Shown here: positions 31,930 to 41,762 of the stretch, in pieces
How the letters are laid out: every line of letters begins with the position of its first letter
How positions within the stretch are numbered: the stretch's first letter is position 1
Assembly: GCA_963733035.1 (NCBI GenBank)
Contig: CAVTBU010000009.1
Coordinates: 1-64,000 of the forward strand
DNA length: 64,000 nt
Reading direction: 5' to 3'
From: Pirellulales bacterium
Lineage (GTDB): Bacteria; Planctomycetota; Planctomycetia; Pirellulales; PALSA-1355
The notes under the pieces: generated by a model
Databases searched by the model: none
Told to the model about the DNA's origin: nothing
Seen by the model: only the letters and a program-made list of their open reading frames with translations
Program-made: the position numbers and the translations under genes

Positions 31930-33459
31930 TCATTGACCGGGCCACGATACGGGTTCGCGGCCGGCGGGCGTGAACAGCGCGCCGAGCGTCTCCGGTTTAG
32001 CGTCGAGCGGCAGAAAGTGGACAGCGCCATCGGCGGACCCAGCCAGAAAGCCCTTGCCAGGATGGCCCAAGCCCGCGGCGGGATGAGCCGGGTCGTAGGC
32101 CAGATCGGCTGGCTGCGTCCACACGACGGCATGTTCGTTGTCGGCCTCGACGGCCAGGATCGTTCTGGACGTGCCGTCGGTGAACTCGCGAATGGGAAGT
32201 CCGCGCCCCTCGGGCCAAGCCGTGGCGGCGCCGATCGGCAGCACGACGCAGGTCTTGCCCGGCGCTATCCCGCCCGCGATGCGATACACGTCAGGCATGC
32301 GTTCGATTAGGCGGCGATTGTGCTCGCTATCCCACGGCTCGTCGAGATGGAACTCTTTGTAGAGCGCCATCTCGTCTAGAAACGGCAGGACGTGGACGCG
32401 CCAACTCAACAGTGGCTTACCGTCGGCGGCGCGGATCGCCGCGTCTGGAAAGCGTTTGTAGACGTCATGGTTGTTGTGCATGGCGATGCCGATTCTCTTC
32501 AGATGCTGCATGGCCTGCCGGCGATTGACGGCGCTCAGAGCGTTGTCGGCCGCCTGGCGGAAGACGTTATCTGCCGGTGGCAACTTCGAGAGATCCACCG
32601 ATAGCACGATCTCGTCATTGTCGACTCGCTCCTCAAGTGCGGCCAGCAAGGGGCCGAATTGAACCGGGCTCCCGTTAATCGCGCGAATCTTCGCCACAGT
32701 GTCTCTTAAGAACGTATCGAGCACGCCAGCCAGAGAGATCGCCTGTTGCGGCGAAGTGGCCCGCACGATCAACCGAAACGAGCGATCGGGTTCGAAGGCC
32801 ACGGTGGTCCATTCCGTCTGATCCGCCCAGGCATGCAGCAGATCGCCGCCTCGTTCAGCGGGCAATTCCGGTAACAAGGACGCGAGTACCCGGCGCTGAT
32901 CGGCAGACGGTGCAATGACGAACACCAGCGGCGCATCTCCCGCAGCGGCCAGCGCCGGTTCGATCGCAGGTCGCTCCGGGTGTTTGCCCGTCAAAGCACT
33001 CGTTACGAGATCAGCCGGACCTATCAGGCAATAGCGCCCGCGCGTGGCGACGCGCCACGACTTGTCGGGCAATGGCAGGCCTGGCAGTTTCGCGATTTGC
33101 TCGGCGGTCTCGGGGTTTTCGCACGCAATCACGCACAGGGATTCCATCGTAAACAGTTGGTAACCGGTGGGCAGCTTGCTGGGAACCTGAACAATCAAAT
33201 TGACGTGCCGAACGCCGGCGGCGGTGAGTAGCTTCTGGAACACCTTCGGCCAGAGTGCCGATTCCGAGGGAGCCAATTGCCCGCCGAAGGCGAGCGAGGC
33301 GAACGTCGCGGCTGGCTCTTCGGCACGGATGTCGATCCGCGCGACTGCCACCGCCGTTTCGTCCATCAACGTGGCCAATCCGTCGCCCTCGTCGGCGGCC
33401 AGGGGGCCGGCAATCGTCGCAAGCAGCAGCAGGCAAAGTGCGGTCAGCGGGCGAAACAT
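31930..33459 (-). CDS. Secreted protein with C-terminal DUF1559 domain
   Basis: Signal peptide; HLKRIGIAMHN.HD, LLSWRV..LP, DEPWDS.HN, DGTS.TI, WTQP.D, ADG.V. Confidence 0.9.
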   Translation of the reverse strand: MFRPLTALCLLLLATIAGPLAADEGDGLATLMDETAVAVARIDIRAEEPAATFASLAFGGQLAPSESALWPKVFQKLLTAAGVRHVNLIVQVPSKLPTGYQLFTMESLCVIACENPETAEQIAKLPGLPLPDKSWRVATRGRYCLIGPADLVTSALTGKHPERPAIEPALAAAGDAPLVFVIAPSADQRRVLASLLPELPAERGGDLLHAWADQTEWTTVAFEPDRSFRLIVRATSPQQAISLAGVLDTFLRDTVAKIRAINGSPVQFGPLLAALEERVDNDEIVLSVDLSKLPPADNVFRQAADNALSAVNRRQAMQHLKRIGIAMHNNHDVYKRFPDAAIRAADGKPLLSWRVHVLPFLDEMALYKEFHLDEPWDSEHNRRLIERMPDVYRIAGGIAPGKTCVVLPIGAATAWPEGRGLPIREFTDGTSRTILAVEADNEHAVVWTQPADLAYDPAHPAAGLGHPGKGFLAGSADGAVHFLPLDAKPETLGALFTPAGREPVSWPGQ

Positions 33460-33508
33460 GGATGGATCCTCTGTGGGCAAATGTATTAACCGACGGATGA
33501 CCTGAAAC

Positions 33509-34939
33509 TCAGCGACTTACGGTGATGTCGAACTGCGTATCCGGATTCACTATCCCTTTTTCCGCGGACTTGAGGATGGCGGTGTTGCCATCAAGCCGAT
33601 ACGCAAACGGGCTACCAGTGGCCGGGTCGAGCGGCACCGGCACTTCGTGAATCTGATCGAGCGCCGTCGGCAACCGGCCTTCGTGCGCGGCGGCATACAG
33701 CCGCAAGGCTTCCACCACTCGCAGCATCGCGATCTTCTGGTCGCCGCGCAACACGGCGCGGCTGGCAGCGCTGATCGCGGGCAACATCACGTTGGCCAAC
33801 ACGGCCTCGGGGCGGTGCGCCAGTTTGTCGAATCGCTCGTCGATTTGTTTCAGCGCCCGCCGGGTTTCCACCGGCGGGTGTCGCGACCAGATGACCATTT
33901 CGTCGAGCAACTCGCGATACACCTGTACCCAGCGAAGCATCACCACCTGCGTCGGCTGCATCGCCTCGATCAGCTCGCGGTCCAGGTCCGATTCTAGGAG
34001 CTGCCGCTTACAAATAGGGTACGCTCGCAGCACAAGGGGCAACAGGGCGACGCCGGCCGGCACGCGAACCTCTTGCGTTTCACCCGAGTTGAACTCGACC
34101 CGAAAGCCGCCATCGACCCACTGCGATTCCATCAGTGCGCCCGCTTCGTGGGCCAGGTGTTCGAGCTGCTTCGGTGTGAGGACCGCTGAATTGAGCAAAT
34201 CGGCGTAGGGTAGGGAACCTCGGATCCAAAGATTTTCCGATTCGATGCTCTCGGCCAGGTTGCTCATGGAACTCGGCAAACAGGTCAGCGCCCAGTATGC
34301 ATTCGGCGAGCCGCTCTGGGTGATCCAGTGTGCGACCTCTTCCGAGGCCTGGCCTTGCGCCGCCAGGCCCACGAGCATGCTGACCAGCGTGCCGGCTTTT
34401 CCCAAATGTTGCCCCATCGTGTACATATTTTCCAAAGCACGACTGGCAGCCGCATAGTCTCCCTCCAGAATCGCCAGTCGGACTTCGACCGTCATCAGGC
34501 GTGCCAGCTCGCGCATTTCCTGAATTTCAGGCAGCAGCGTGGCAACCCCTTGTTCCTGCAGCGGCAAGTCCCATTCGACATTCTTGCGGCGCACGGCCAG
34601 CCGAGCTTCGTTGAACACCCCGCGAAATCGCGACATCGTCCGCCGCCCCTCATCTAGCGGCAGCGCGGCCGGCGGCAGCTCGAGCCAGTCGTAGATCTTT
34701 TGGCGCTCTTTGCGATCACGACCGTCTTGCTGCAACACAACGATCGCGCGGTAGTACATCGCCGCGGCGTTTCCCTCGGCAAGCTGCCGAGCTTCCGGCG
34801 CAAAACGATAGCGCAACAGCGGCCGCGGCGGTCCGGCAGGAGTCATGGTGAGCTTGACGACGTCCAAATTATCGTCGCCGACCAGCGGAGCCCAAACAAT
34901 CAGCAAGGCCAGCGCGGCCAGCAGGAATCGCCGGATCAT
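33509..34939 (-). CDS. Planctomycete-type secreted helical hypothetical protein
   Basis: Signal peptide; GNAA.MYYRA, LLPEIQEMR, EALRLYAA.H.GRLP..L..I..VP.P.DP.TG.PF.Y tail. Confidence 0.8.
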   Translation of the reverse strand: MIRRFLLAALALLIVWAPLVGDDNLDVVKLTMTPAGPPRPLLRYRFAPEARQLAEGNAAAMYYRAIVVLQQDGRDRKERQKIYDWLELPPAALPLDEGRRTMSRFRGVFNEARLAVRRKNVEWDLPLQEQGVATLLPEIQEMRELARLMTVEVRLAILEGDYAAASRALENMYTMGQHLGKAGTLVSMLVGLAAQGQASEEVAHWITQSGSPNAYWALTCLPSSMSNLAESIESENLWIRGSLPYADLLNSAVLTPKQLEHLAHEAGALMESQWVDGGFRVEFNSGETQEVRVPAGVALLPLVLRAYPICKRQLLESDLDRELIEAMQPTQVVMLRWVQVYRELLDEMVIWSRHPPVETRRALKQIDERFDKLAHRPEAVLANVMLPAISAASRAVLRGDQKIAMLRVVEALRLYAAAHEGRLPTALDQIHEVPVPLDPATGSPFAYRLDGNTAILKSAEKGIVNPDTQFDITVSR

Positions 34940-34991
34940 AGTACGTTAACTCCGAATAAGATGAACTGGGCAAGCTCAGGTGAGCGATTAC

Positions 34992-35561
34992 CTAGGACGT
35001 GGGTGGTGTGGCCAGGCCGATGCCGTCACGCCTCAGCCGACGATCGCCCCAGCGCAGCGTCGGCGTGCGAGGAGGTGGATTCGCGTCAGGTGAATCGTCA
35101 GGCACCCGCGCATCGGCGGCACGCGCAGCCAGCGCGTCCGTTGCCAATTGCGGCCGCACCGTAAGTGGGCGTGACGCGTCAAATCGACCGCTCGCCAAAG
35201 ACAGCAACCAATCGGCTTCGTCGCCGATCGGCCGGACCACCGCGTGCGGCGCTTCAGCATGTTCCCTGACCCGCGAGTTCTCGCGGCGCATCCCTCCAGG
35301 CGCTTCGGCATCGTTCTGACTGACGATATGTGCCGGCGCGGCTCCTTGCGGCAGAATCGCCGGGCGCAGGCCCAGCACGAACGCCAACATTAGCGAAGCC
35401 CCAGTGGCCCACTTCCACGGCGTCGAGCCACGAGCGGCCGACTGCTCGCCCAGGTGGATCATCAGGCGATCGCGATCGATGCGGCTGGCCCGCGGCGCGA
35501 GCGATGCGAGCATGCGCTGGCAGTCGTTCAGCTCTTCGGGAAGATGTTCGTCTTGGGACAT
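34992..35561 (-). CDS. Putative membrane anti-sigma factor
   Basis: Directly after ECF sigma; LASLAPR..IDRDRLM motif, single TM. Confidence 0.65.
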   Translation of the reverse strand: MSQDEHLPEELNDCQRMLASLAPRASRIDRDRLMIHLGEQSAARGSTPWKWATGASLMLAFVLGLRPAILPQGAAPAHIVSQNDAEAPGGMRRENSRVREHAEAPHAVVRPIGDEADWLLSLASGRFDASRPLTVRPQLATDALAARAADARVPDDSPDANPPPRTPTLRWGDRRLRRDGIGLATPPTS

Positions 35562-36034
35562 GCAACACCCAACCTTTCACGCAATGCGGCCAAGCCGGCC
35601 GCGTATCTGCGGTGGGCGGCGCTCGAGGAGCACCCCACCAGTTCGCCGATTTCACTAAAATTCAATCCGCCCCAAAGTCGAGCCACGAGCACCTCGCGGT
35701 GATCCAGCGTCAACTCGCCGAGCGCCGCGGTGGCGACCCGCGCGTCGAGCGCCTCGCCCACGGCGGGCTCGAACCACTCGAGCGGCCGGGCGGCGGCCGA
35801 CTCGTGTCGCTTGCGCCGGTGTTCGGCCCGACCGGCGCTGATCGCGCCACGGCGGACCGCACAATACAGCCAACCGATAGGGCGCTCGGGCAGTGGCCGC
35901 TGTTGGGCCAGTTGCACGATTGCTTCCTGTACGATGTCTTCGGGCGTGCCGCACCAGGCTCGAGCATAGAGCTCCAGCGCCGACGCCTGGGTCTCCAGAA
36001 CGTGTTGCACCAGCTTCAGAACGGCTTCTTCCAT
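35528..36034 (-). CDS. ECF RNA polymerase sigma factor
   Basis: EDIVQEA, WLY..VR region 2; REVLVARLWGGLNFSEIG region 4. Confidence 0.9.
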   Translation of the reverse strand: MEEAVLKLVQHVLETQASALELYARAWCGTPEDIVQEAIVQLAQQRPLPERPIGWLYCAVRRGAISAGRAEHRRKRHESAAARPLEWFEPAVGEALDARVATAALGELTLDHREVLVARLWGGLNFSEIGELVGCSSSAAHRRYAAGLAALRERLGVACPKTNIFPKS

Positions 36035-36072
36035 CGGTGGGCCAAGGACCTGCGCGAGCGAACCCGTTTCTG

Positions 36073-36104
36073 TAGAGATGTCGCCCGCCGGGCCCATCTG
36101 TCCC
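36073..36104 (-). promoter_or_regulatory. Possible ECF-type autoregulatory promoter
   Basis: Minus strand GGGACAG-N17-CATCTCTA about 40 nt upstream of sigma ATG; resemblance only. Confidence 0.25.
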
Positions 36105-36449
36105 GCGCAAAGTCAGCGACAAGGACGGTTTTTCGCAGGGCAAGTGGATCGTCGGGCCGTGACCGGTGGCGGCTGACAGGTCGATTATGGCCGTCCGGAT
36201 CGGCCTCGACTAGTATTTCTAAAACCGAATGGAGTCCGCAGCTCGAGCGGCGTCTACAGTCTTTGCAGACGCGAGCAGCGAAAGGACCGAATGAAGCGGG
36301 CGGTTGGCGCGAACGACGAGATAGTCAGAACGACGAAGCTGGCCACTCATTCGATTTTGGCCAGAACCATCGATTGACATAATGGAATGCCGCCGTCGTG
36401 GGCGCCGCGCTTCCCCCCGTCTTTCTGAGAAACGCTATTCGGCAAGGTG

Positions 36450-36866
36450 TTATCTTGTGAATCCCGCGACGCGGTCCAAGCGAGTCACTTCGAGTGGTGG
36501 TCGAAACAGCGTAATGAAAGCGCTTCGTATTTTGGCCATGTGGGGCGTCTTGCCGTGCGCCTTTAGGGCTTCTTCGTCCTTATAGACTTCAAAGAAGACG
36601 AGTTCGTCGGGATTCTTGGTGGAGCGGTGGCAGACATAGGCTAACACTCCCGGCTCGTTTTCCTCGACCGAAGCGCACAGATCTTTGAGTGCCTGTAGGG
36701 CGTCGGCCTCTTTTTCCATATTGAGCTTGAACTTGGCGAGCTGCGTAATTGTCGCGTCAGTTTCCGGTTCGTCCGCAGGGGCCAGACGGCTGAAACCGAT
36801 CGTCGTTAGACCGACACCGGCGGCACAGAAACCACGTCGCGTCACCAAACCTGCGGGAAAATGCAT
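36450..36866 (-). CDS. ABM/putative quinol monooxygenase with twin-arginine-like leader
   Basis: TRRGF leader; EPGVLAY, FFEVYKDEEALKAHGKTPH. Confidence 0.85.
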   Translation of the reverse strand: MHFPAGLVTRRGFCAAGVGLTTIGFSRLAPADEPETDATITQLAKFKLNMEKEADALQALKDLCASVEENEPGVLAYVCHRSTKNPDELVFFEVYKDEEALKAHGKTPHMAKIRSAFITLFRPPLEVTRLDRVAGFTR

Positions 36867-36938
36867 GGGAGGATACCTTTCTTATTCGATTTGTACGTCA
36901 AGGTTGGCTATCACCGTTTCGTCACGATAGTGTGCCGA

Positions 36939-37105
36939 CTAGCGGACCGCAAACGCTTTGATCTTCTCCACCACGGCTGAGGGATCTTCCATGAGCAGGA
37001 AGTGCCCCAGGCCGCTCAATTCGTGATATCCAGCCCGCGGGCAGCGGCGTGCCAGTTCGCGGCCCATTTCGACATGTGCGATCGGATCGCCGTCGGCCCC
37101 CAGGC
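36939..37105 (-). pseudogene. C-terminal remnant of an alpha/beta hydrolase
   Basis: GADGDPIAHVEMGRELARRCPRAGYHELSGLGHFLLMEDPSAVVEKIKAFAVR*; no start or N-terminal part. Confidence 0.7.
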
Positions 37106-37160
37106 TTTTGGATGTTCACCAGGGTTGCGATAAGACGCCGCTGTCACTTTTTGTCGCATT

Positions 37161-38390
37161 CTATTGCGTGGAATTTCTCTGCCACGGATTGCCGGCGCGA
37201 TAGGGGTTGCCCGATGCGTAGCCGGACAAGGTGTCTGAGCTTGGGCCGGTGGAAATCTCACGCACCAAGTCGGCGCGATCCAGCAGCGCGGGGCTTAGTT
37301 CCGTGCCTAACCCCGGTCCGGGTGGCAACGGAAAGTGCCCGTCATCGCTTACCAGGTTGAAGGTCAGCGCGTCGCCAAACCACGTGAGATAGAAAGCCCG
37401 CACGCTTTCCATAATGAATAGGTTGTAGACGCTGGCACAAAAATGTGCCGCCACGAAGTTGCTGACCGGGCCGCCCGGGTTGTGGGGCGCGACCGGCAGT
37501 TGATAGCTTTCGGCCAGGGCGGCGATCTTCCGCGCTTCGGTCAAACCGCCCGCCCAGTCGATGTCGAACATGACGATGTCCGCGGCCCCTTGTTCGATGA
37601 CTGGTCGATAGCCCCAACGGGTCATCAGTCGCTCGCTGGTCACCAGCGGCGTTCGCGTCGCGGCCCGAAGTTGGCGCGTGGCTGCAGGACTATCGGGCAG
37701 CATCAATTCCTCCAGCCACATTGGCCGAAATGGCTCAACCGCCTGTGCAATGCGAATCGCGCTGGGCAGATTCCACTGGCAATGCCCTTCGAGCGCGATT
37801 TCTATCTCCTCGCCAACCGCCTCGCGAATCGCCTGTAACCGTGACGCGCCATATTCCAGGTCGGCCGGGCTGATGCTCTGCCCAAGCGTGCGGCGGGCCA
37901 AGTCGTCGAAGGGCCAAATCTTTATCGCGCGAATGCCCATCGACAGCAAGTCGCGCGCGAGGCCGGCAGGATCGTCGTGGAATCGCTCGTGGTCGTTGTA
38001 GTCGCCGTAGCTCGCGCAGGTATTGTAGATCGGTATTTGGTCGCGGCAGGCTCCGCCGAGCAGATCGTAGACGGGCCTTCCAGTGAGCTTGCCCAACAGA
38101 TCCCACAGCGCGATGTCGATGGCGCTGATGGCCCGCATCTCGGTGCCGCCGTAGTTGCCGTAGTGCACTACCTTGAACATGTGATGCCAAAGCAGTTCGA
38201 TGCGGGTCGGATCCTGGCCTAGCAGTACTTTCGCCAACGTACCGTGGATCATGCGTGCCACGGCGTCGGGCGATTGAAACGTCTCGCCCAAACCGACCAG
38301 ACCCGCGTCGGTGTGCACGCGCACCCAAACGAGCAGCGGTCGCTCTGGATCGAGGATCGTTTCCACCGCCGTGATCTTCAGGCTTTCCAT
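37161..38390 (-). CDS. Mandelate racemase/muconate lactonising family enzyme (acid-sugar dehydratase-like)
   Basis: GLVGLGET, AISAIDIALWDLLGK, KIW, WLEE, SERL, APHN. Confidence 0.92.
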   Translation of the reverse strand: MESLKITAVETILDPERPLLVWVRVHTDAGLVGLGETFQSPDAVARMIHGTLAKVLLGQDPTRIELLWHHMFKVVHYGNYGGTEMRAISAIDIALWDLLGKLTGRPVYDLLGGACRDQIPIYNTCASYGDYNDHERFHDDPAGLARDLLSMGIRAIKIWPFDDLARRTLGQSISPADLEYGASRLQAIREAVGEEIEIALEGHCQWNLPSAIRIAQAVEPFRPMWLEELMLPDSPAATRQLRAATRTPLVTSERLMTRWGYRPVIEQGAADIVMFDIDWAGGLTEARKIAALAESYQLPVAPHNPGGPVSNFVAAHFCASVYNLFIMESVRAFYLTWFGDALTFNLVSDDGHFPLPPGPGLGTELSPALLDRADLVREISTGPSSDTLSGYASGNPYRAGNPWQRNSTQ

Positions 38391-39364
38391 GCGGCCTTCA
38401 CCTCAGGATTGACCAGTCCGGCGGTGGGCCACTTGCCCGCAAAGGTATCGAGGATATTATGCGCCGCGCCGGTGGCCATGTCGGCGATCGCTTGCGAATC
38501 GAGGGCCGAAAGATGAGGGCTGACAATTACATTGTCCAGCGCTAGCAACGGGTGGTCTGCGGGCGGCGGCTCGACATCCAGCACGTCGAGGCCGGCCCCG
38601 AAGAGATGCCCAGAGGTTAACGCCTCGAGCAGGTCCGTTTCGTTTACCAATCCACCGCGCGCGGTGTTGATCAGAATGCTGCCACGCTTCATGCGCGAAA
38701 GTGTGCGCGTGTTGATCAGCTCCTTTGTCTCGGGAGCCATTGGCGTGTGGAGCGTGACAAAATCGGACCTGGCGAGCAGCATGTCCAAATCCACCAGCTC
38801 GACTCCATGCGTCTTTGCAAATTCCCGGTCGGGGTATTTTTCATGGGCCAATAGCCGCATTCGAAACCCTGAGGCACGAATGGCCACGCTACGACCGATC
38901 CGCCCCAGGCCGACGATGCCCAGCGTTTTTCCGCGCAAGGGAATCGAGACCGCCCCACGGCTCCAGTTTCCTTGCCGGGTGTCGATCGCATTGGCGACCA
39001 GTGAACGGGCCACGGCCAACAACAGCGCCATTGTATGCTCGGCGACGGCCTGATGATTGCCTTCTGGTGTGATGGTTACGGCAACGCCATGCCGCGTCGC
39101 GGCCGGCACGTCGATTCGATCGTAGCCAACTCCGTTGCGCGAGATGATGCGCAGCCGCGGAAGTCCCGCGAGCACGCGATTGGTGTATGGTTCGCTGCCG
39201 GCGATGATCGCCTCGAAATCCTGTGCGGCTTGCAAAACGTCGTCCTCCGTCAGCAGCACACTTTTCGCAGGATAGCGCAGGTCATAGCCAGCAGCATGCA
39301 ATAAATCGGCGTGCGGGCCAGGAATATCGCGCAACGCCTCGGTGGTAATCAGGATTTTAGGCAT
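38378..39364 (-). CDS. D-2-hydroxyacid (phosphoglycerate-like) dehydrogenase
   Basis: GVGYDRID, AVAEH, GLGRIG, INTARG, LDV..EP, SPH. Confidence 0.92.
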   Translation of the reverse strand: MPKILITTEALRDIPGPHADLLHAAGYDLRYPAKSVLLTEDDVLQAAQDFEAIIAGSEPYTNRVLAGLPRLRIISRNGVGYDRIDVPAATRHGVAVTITPEGNHQAVAEHTMALLLAVARSLVANAIDTRQGNWSRGAVSIPLRGKTLGIVGLGRIGRSVAIRASGFRMRLLAHEKYPDREFAKTHGVELVDLDMLLARSDFVTLHTPMAPETKELINTRTLSRMKRGSILINTARGGLVNETDLLEALTSGHLFGAGLDVLDVEPPPADHPLLALDNVIVSPHLSALDSQAIADMATGAAHNILDTFAGKWPTAGLVNPEVKAAWKA

Positions 39365-39423
39365 GTGTGTGTCACGGCGGACAGACTGACGAGAGGTTCA
39401 GTTTCCAGATGGATCACGCAGCA

Positions 39424-40221
39424 CTAGGCGGAACCACCCTGGTGCTGCCGGACACACTGGGTCAAATGCGACGCGGCATGAATCAGTAATCCGTAGTCGG
39501 CGGCAATCGCCATCCAATCGACGCCCTTATCGACCCACTGGAGGAGTACTTCCGGATCGTCACCCACGGCGATCCCCATGGGAACCTTGGCCGCTTTCGC
39601 CTTGGCGATGATCGAATCAATGGCGCCGATCACTTCGGAATGCCGCGGCTGGCCGGTGAATCCCAGCGACGCCGCCAAGTCGTTCGGCCCAACAACAATC
39701 GCCGTCAGCCCGGGCACTGCCAAGATTTCGTCCAGATTGTGGAAGGCCTCGCTCTGCTCGATCTGCACGATGGTGATGATCGCCTGGTTGGCGGCCCGGC
39801 AGAAGTCTGTCCCGCCACGTGCCCCATACCCGGAGGGTCGCCGTGGACCGAAGCCGCGAATGCCCTCCGGCGGATAGCGACAGGCGGCCACGGCTAGGCG
39901 CACGTCCTCGGCCGTCTTGACCAACGGCACGATTACTCCTGCTGCGCCTACATCGAGCACGGGTTTGATCAAAACGGGATCGTTGGCCGCCACGCGCACC
40001 AGCGGTGTCGTCTGGGTGCCTTTGGTGGCCATGATGTGTCCCTGCACACGTTCCACCGAAATCGGATTGTGTTCCGTGTCGATCCAGACGAAATCGAGGA
40101 CGCGCGTCAGCGCTTCGGTCACAGCCGGATCGGTGAAAGTGATGCAGGTGCCCAGCAGCGTCTTGCCACCCCGCAATCGGTCGCGAAAGAAATGTGCGTT
40201 TTCCACAGGATAGTGATCCAT
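39424..40221 (-). CDS. HpcH/HpaI aldolase family protein
   Basis: WIDTEH, LVRV, LD.GA.GVIVP, YPPEG.RG, QIE, GPNDL. Confidence 0.92.
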   Translation of the reverse strand: MDHYPVENAHFFRDRLRGGKTLLGTCITFTDPAVTEALTRVLDFVWIDTEHNPISVERVQGHIMATKGTQTTPLVRVAANDPVLIKPVLDVGAAGVIVPLVKTAEDVRLAVAACRYPPEGIRGFGPRRPSGYGARGGTDFCRAANQAIITIVQIEQSEAFHNLDEILAVPGLTAIVVGPNDLAASLGFTGQPRHSEVIGAIDSIIAKAKAAKVPMGIAVGDDPEVLLQWVDKGVDWMAIAADYGLLIHAASHLTQCVRQHQGGSA

Positions 40222-40287
40222 TTTATGTGGTGATGAGTTGTCGCAAGCTCGGCAGTTCAACGGTCGGTGCCGCGCTCCCCCGAATGG

Positions 40288-41751
40288 TCATGCCCTCGCG
40301 GGCTCGTCGATCAATTCGTGAACCACTTTGGCACCGGTGACGGCTGCATCGGTTAGCGTTTCATCGCGCCCATGATGCCGGAAAGTCAGCTTGTTGTGGT
40401 CGAGCCCCAGTTGGTGCAACAGCGTGGCAAACAGATCGGTTACGTGGACCGGATTTTCCACGGCTCGATAGCCAACGTCATCGGTCGCCCCGTGCGCGTA
40501 GCCCGGCTTGAAGCCGCCGCCGGCCAGCACGAGGCTAAAGCCGTTGCGGTTATGATCGCGACCCTTCCCGTTTTGGGACACCGGCAAGCGGCCAAATTCG
40601 CCCGACCACAAGACGATGGTGCTTTCCAGCAGACCGCGCGCCTTCAGATCGCGGATCAGCGCGGCCGAGGGCAGATCGATCTTGCCGGCGATTTTTTCGA
40701 TCTCCGTCTTCACGTTACCATGGCTATCCCACGGGTTGCCGGCCGCGGCAAACACCTGCACGAATCGCACGCCACTTTCAACCAGGCGCCTGGCCATCAG
40801 CAGCCGCGAGCCGTAGCCGGCGGTCGCCGGATTGTCGAGTCCGTACATGCTACGCGTCGCAGCCGTTTCGCGCGATAGATCGAGCACGTCGCCCGCCGCC
40901 AATTGCATCCGCGCGGCCAGCTCATAATTGCGAATCCGCGCCTCGAGGGCCGTCTCGCGCGGATAGCTTTCGCGATGGCGGGCATTCATTCGGGCCAGAA
41001 ACTCCAAATCGTCGCGCTGCGCTCCCTCGGGCAGCGGCAAACCCGGCTGCAGGTTCAAGACGGGAGTTCCCTGGGCGCTAAACTCCGTACCGCGATACAT
41101 GGCCGGGAGCCAGCCGTTTTGCCAGAGCGTCGAACCGGTGCCAGGATAGCCTTCCGGATCGCGAAGCACGATGTAGCTGGGCAGATTCTGATTCTCGGTA
41201 CCCAACGCATAGCTGACCCACGACCCAAGCGTTGGCCGTCCGGGAAAGATCTTTCCACTGGTGATCATCACCAGGCTTTCTGTGTGATTGTTGTGGTCGG
41301 TATGCATGGAGCGCACCAGGCACAAATCGTCGGCCAGTTCGGCCAGATGCGGCAGCGCCTCGGAGATTTCCATACCGCACGTTCCGCGCGGCTGAAACTT
41401 GAACGGGCAGCCCAACAGTTTGTTTGACTCACTGCCGGGCTGGAACATCTCGACTTTGTCGTGGTGCACCTGGCCCGCTCGCTTGCTCAACTCCGGCTTG
41501 GGGTCGAACAGTTCCATCTGGCTCGGACCGCCGTTTTGCATCAGCATGATTACGGATTTCGCGCGTGGCACGAAATGCGCTGGCCGTAGTTGTAAGTCGA
41601 AGCTCGCGCGGGCCGCGTTGCCGGCAGCCAACAGCCCATCGGCCTGGAGCATGCTTCCCAGGGCCAGGGCTCCGAATCCGAGTCCGGTGGTTCGTAGCAT
41701 GTCGCGACGCGACAGCGCGGGTTCGTCGGATGGATGCGCTGGGTTTCTCAT
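40288..41751 (-). CDS. DUF1501 family protein (Tat-exported), copy 1
   Basis: SRRDML leader, AKSVI...GGPSQMELFDPKP, WDSH, GEFGR.P, GRDHN. Confidence 0.93.
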   Translation of the reverse strand: MRNPAHPSDEPALSRRDMLRTTGLGFGALALGSMLQADGLLAAGNAARASFDLQLRPAHFVPRAKSVIMLMQNGGPSQMELFDPKPELSKRAGQVHHDKVEMFQPGSESNKLLGCPFKFQPRGTCGMEISEALPHLAELADDLCLVRSMHTDHNNHTESLVMITSGKIFPGRPTLGSWVSYALGTENQNLPSYIVLRDPEGYPGTGSTLWQNGWLPAMYRGTEFSAQGTPVLNLQPGLPLPEGAQRDDLEFLARMNARHRESYPRETALEARIRNYELAARMQLAAGDVLDLSRETAATRSMYGLDNPATAGYGSRLLMARRLVESGVRFVQVFAAAGNPWDSHGNVKTEIEKIAGKIDLPSAALIRDLKARGLLESTIVLWSGEFGRLPVSQNGKGRDHNRNGFSLVLAGGGFKPGYAHGATDDVGYRAVENPVHVTDLFATLLHQLGLDHNKLTFRHHGRDETLTDAAVTGAKVVHELIDEPARA

Positions 41752-41762
41752 CGCGAGGCTCC

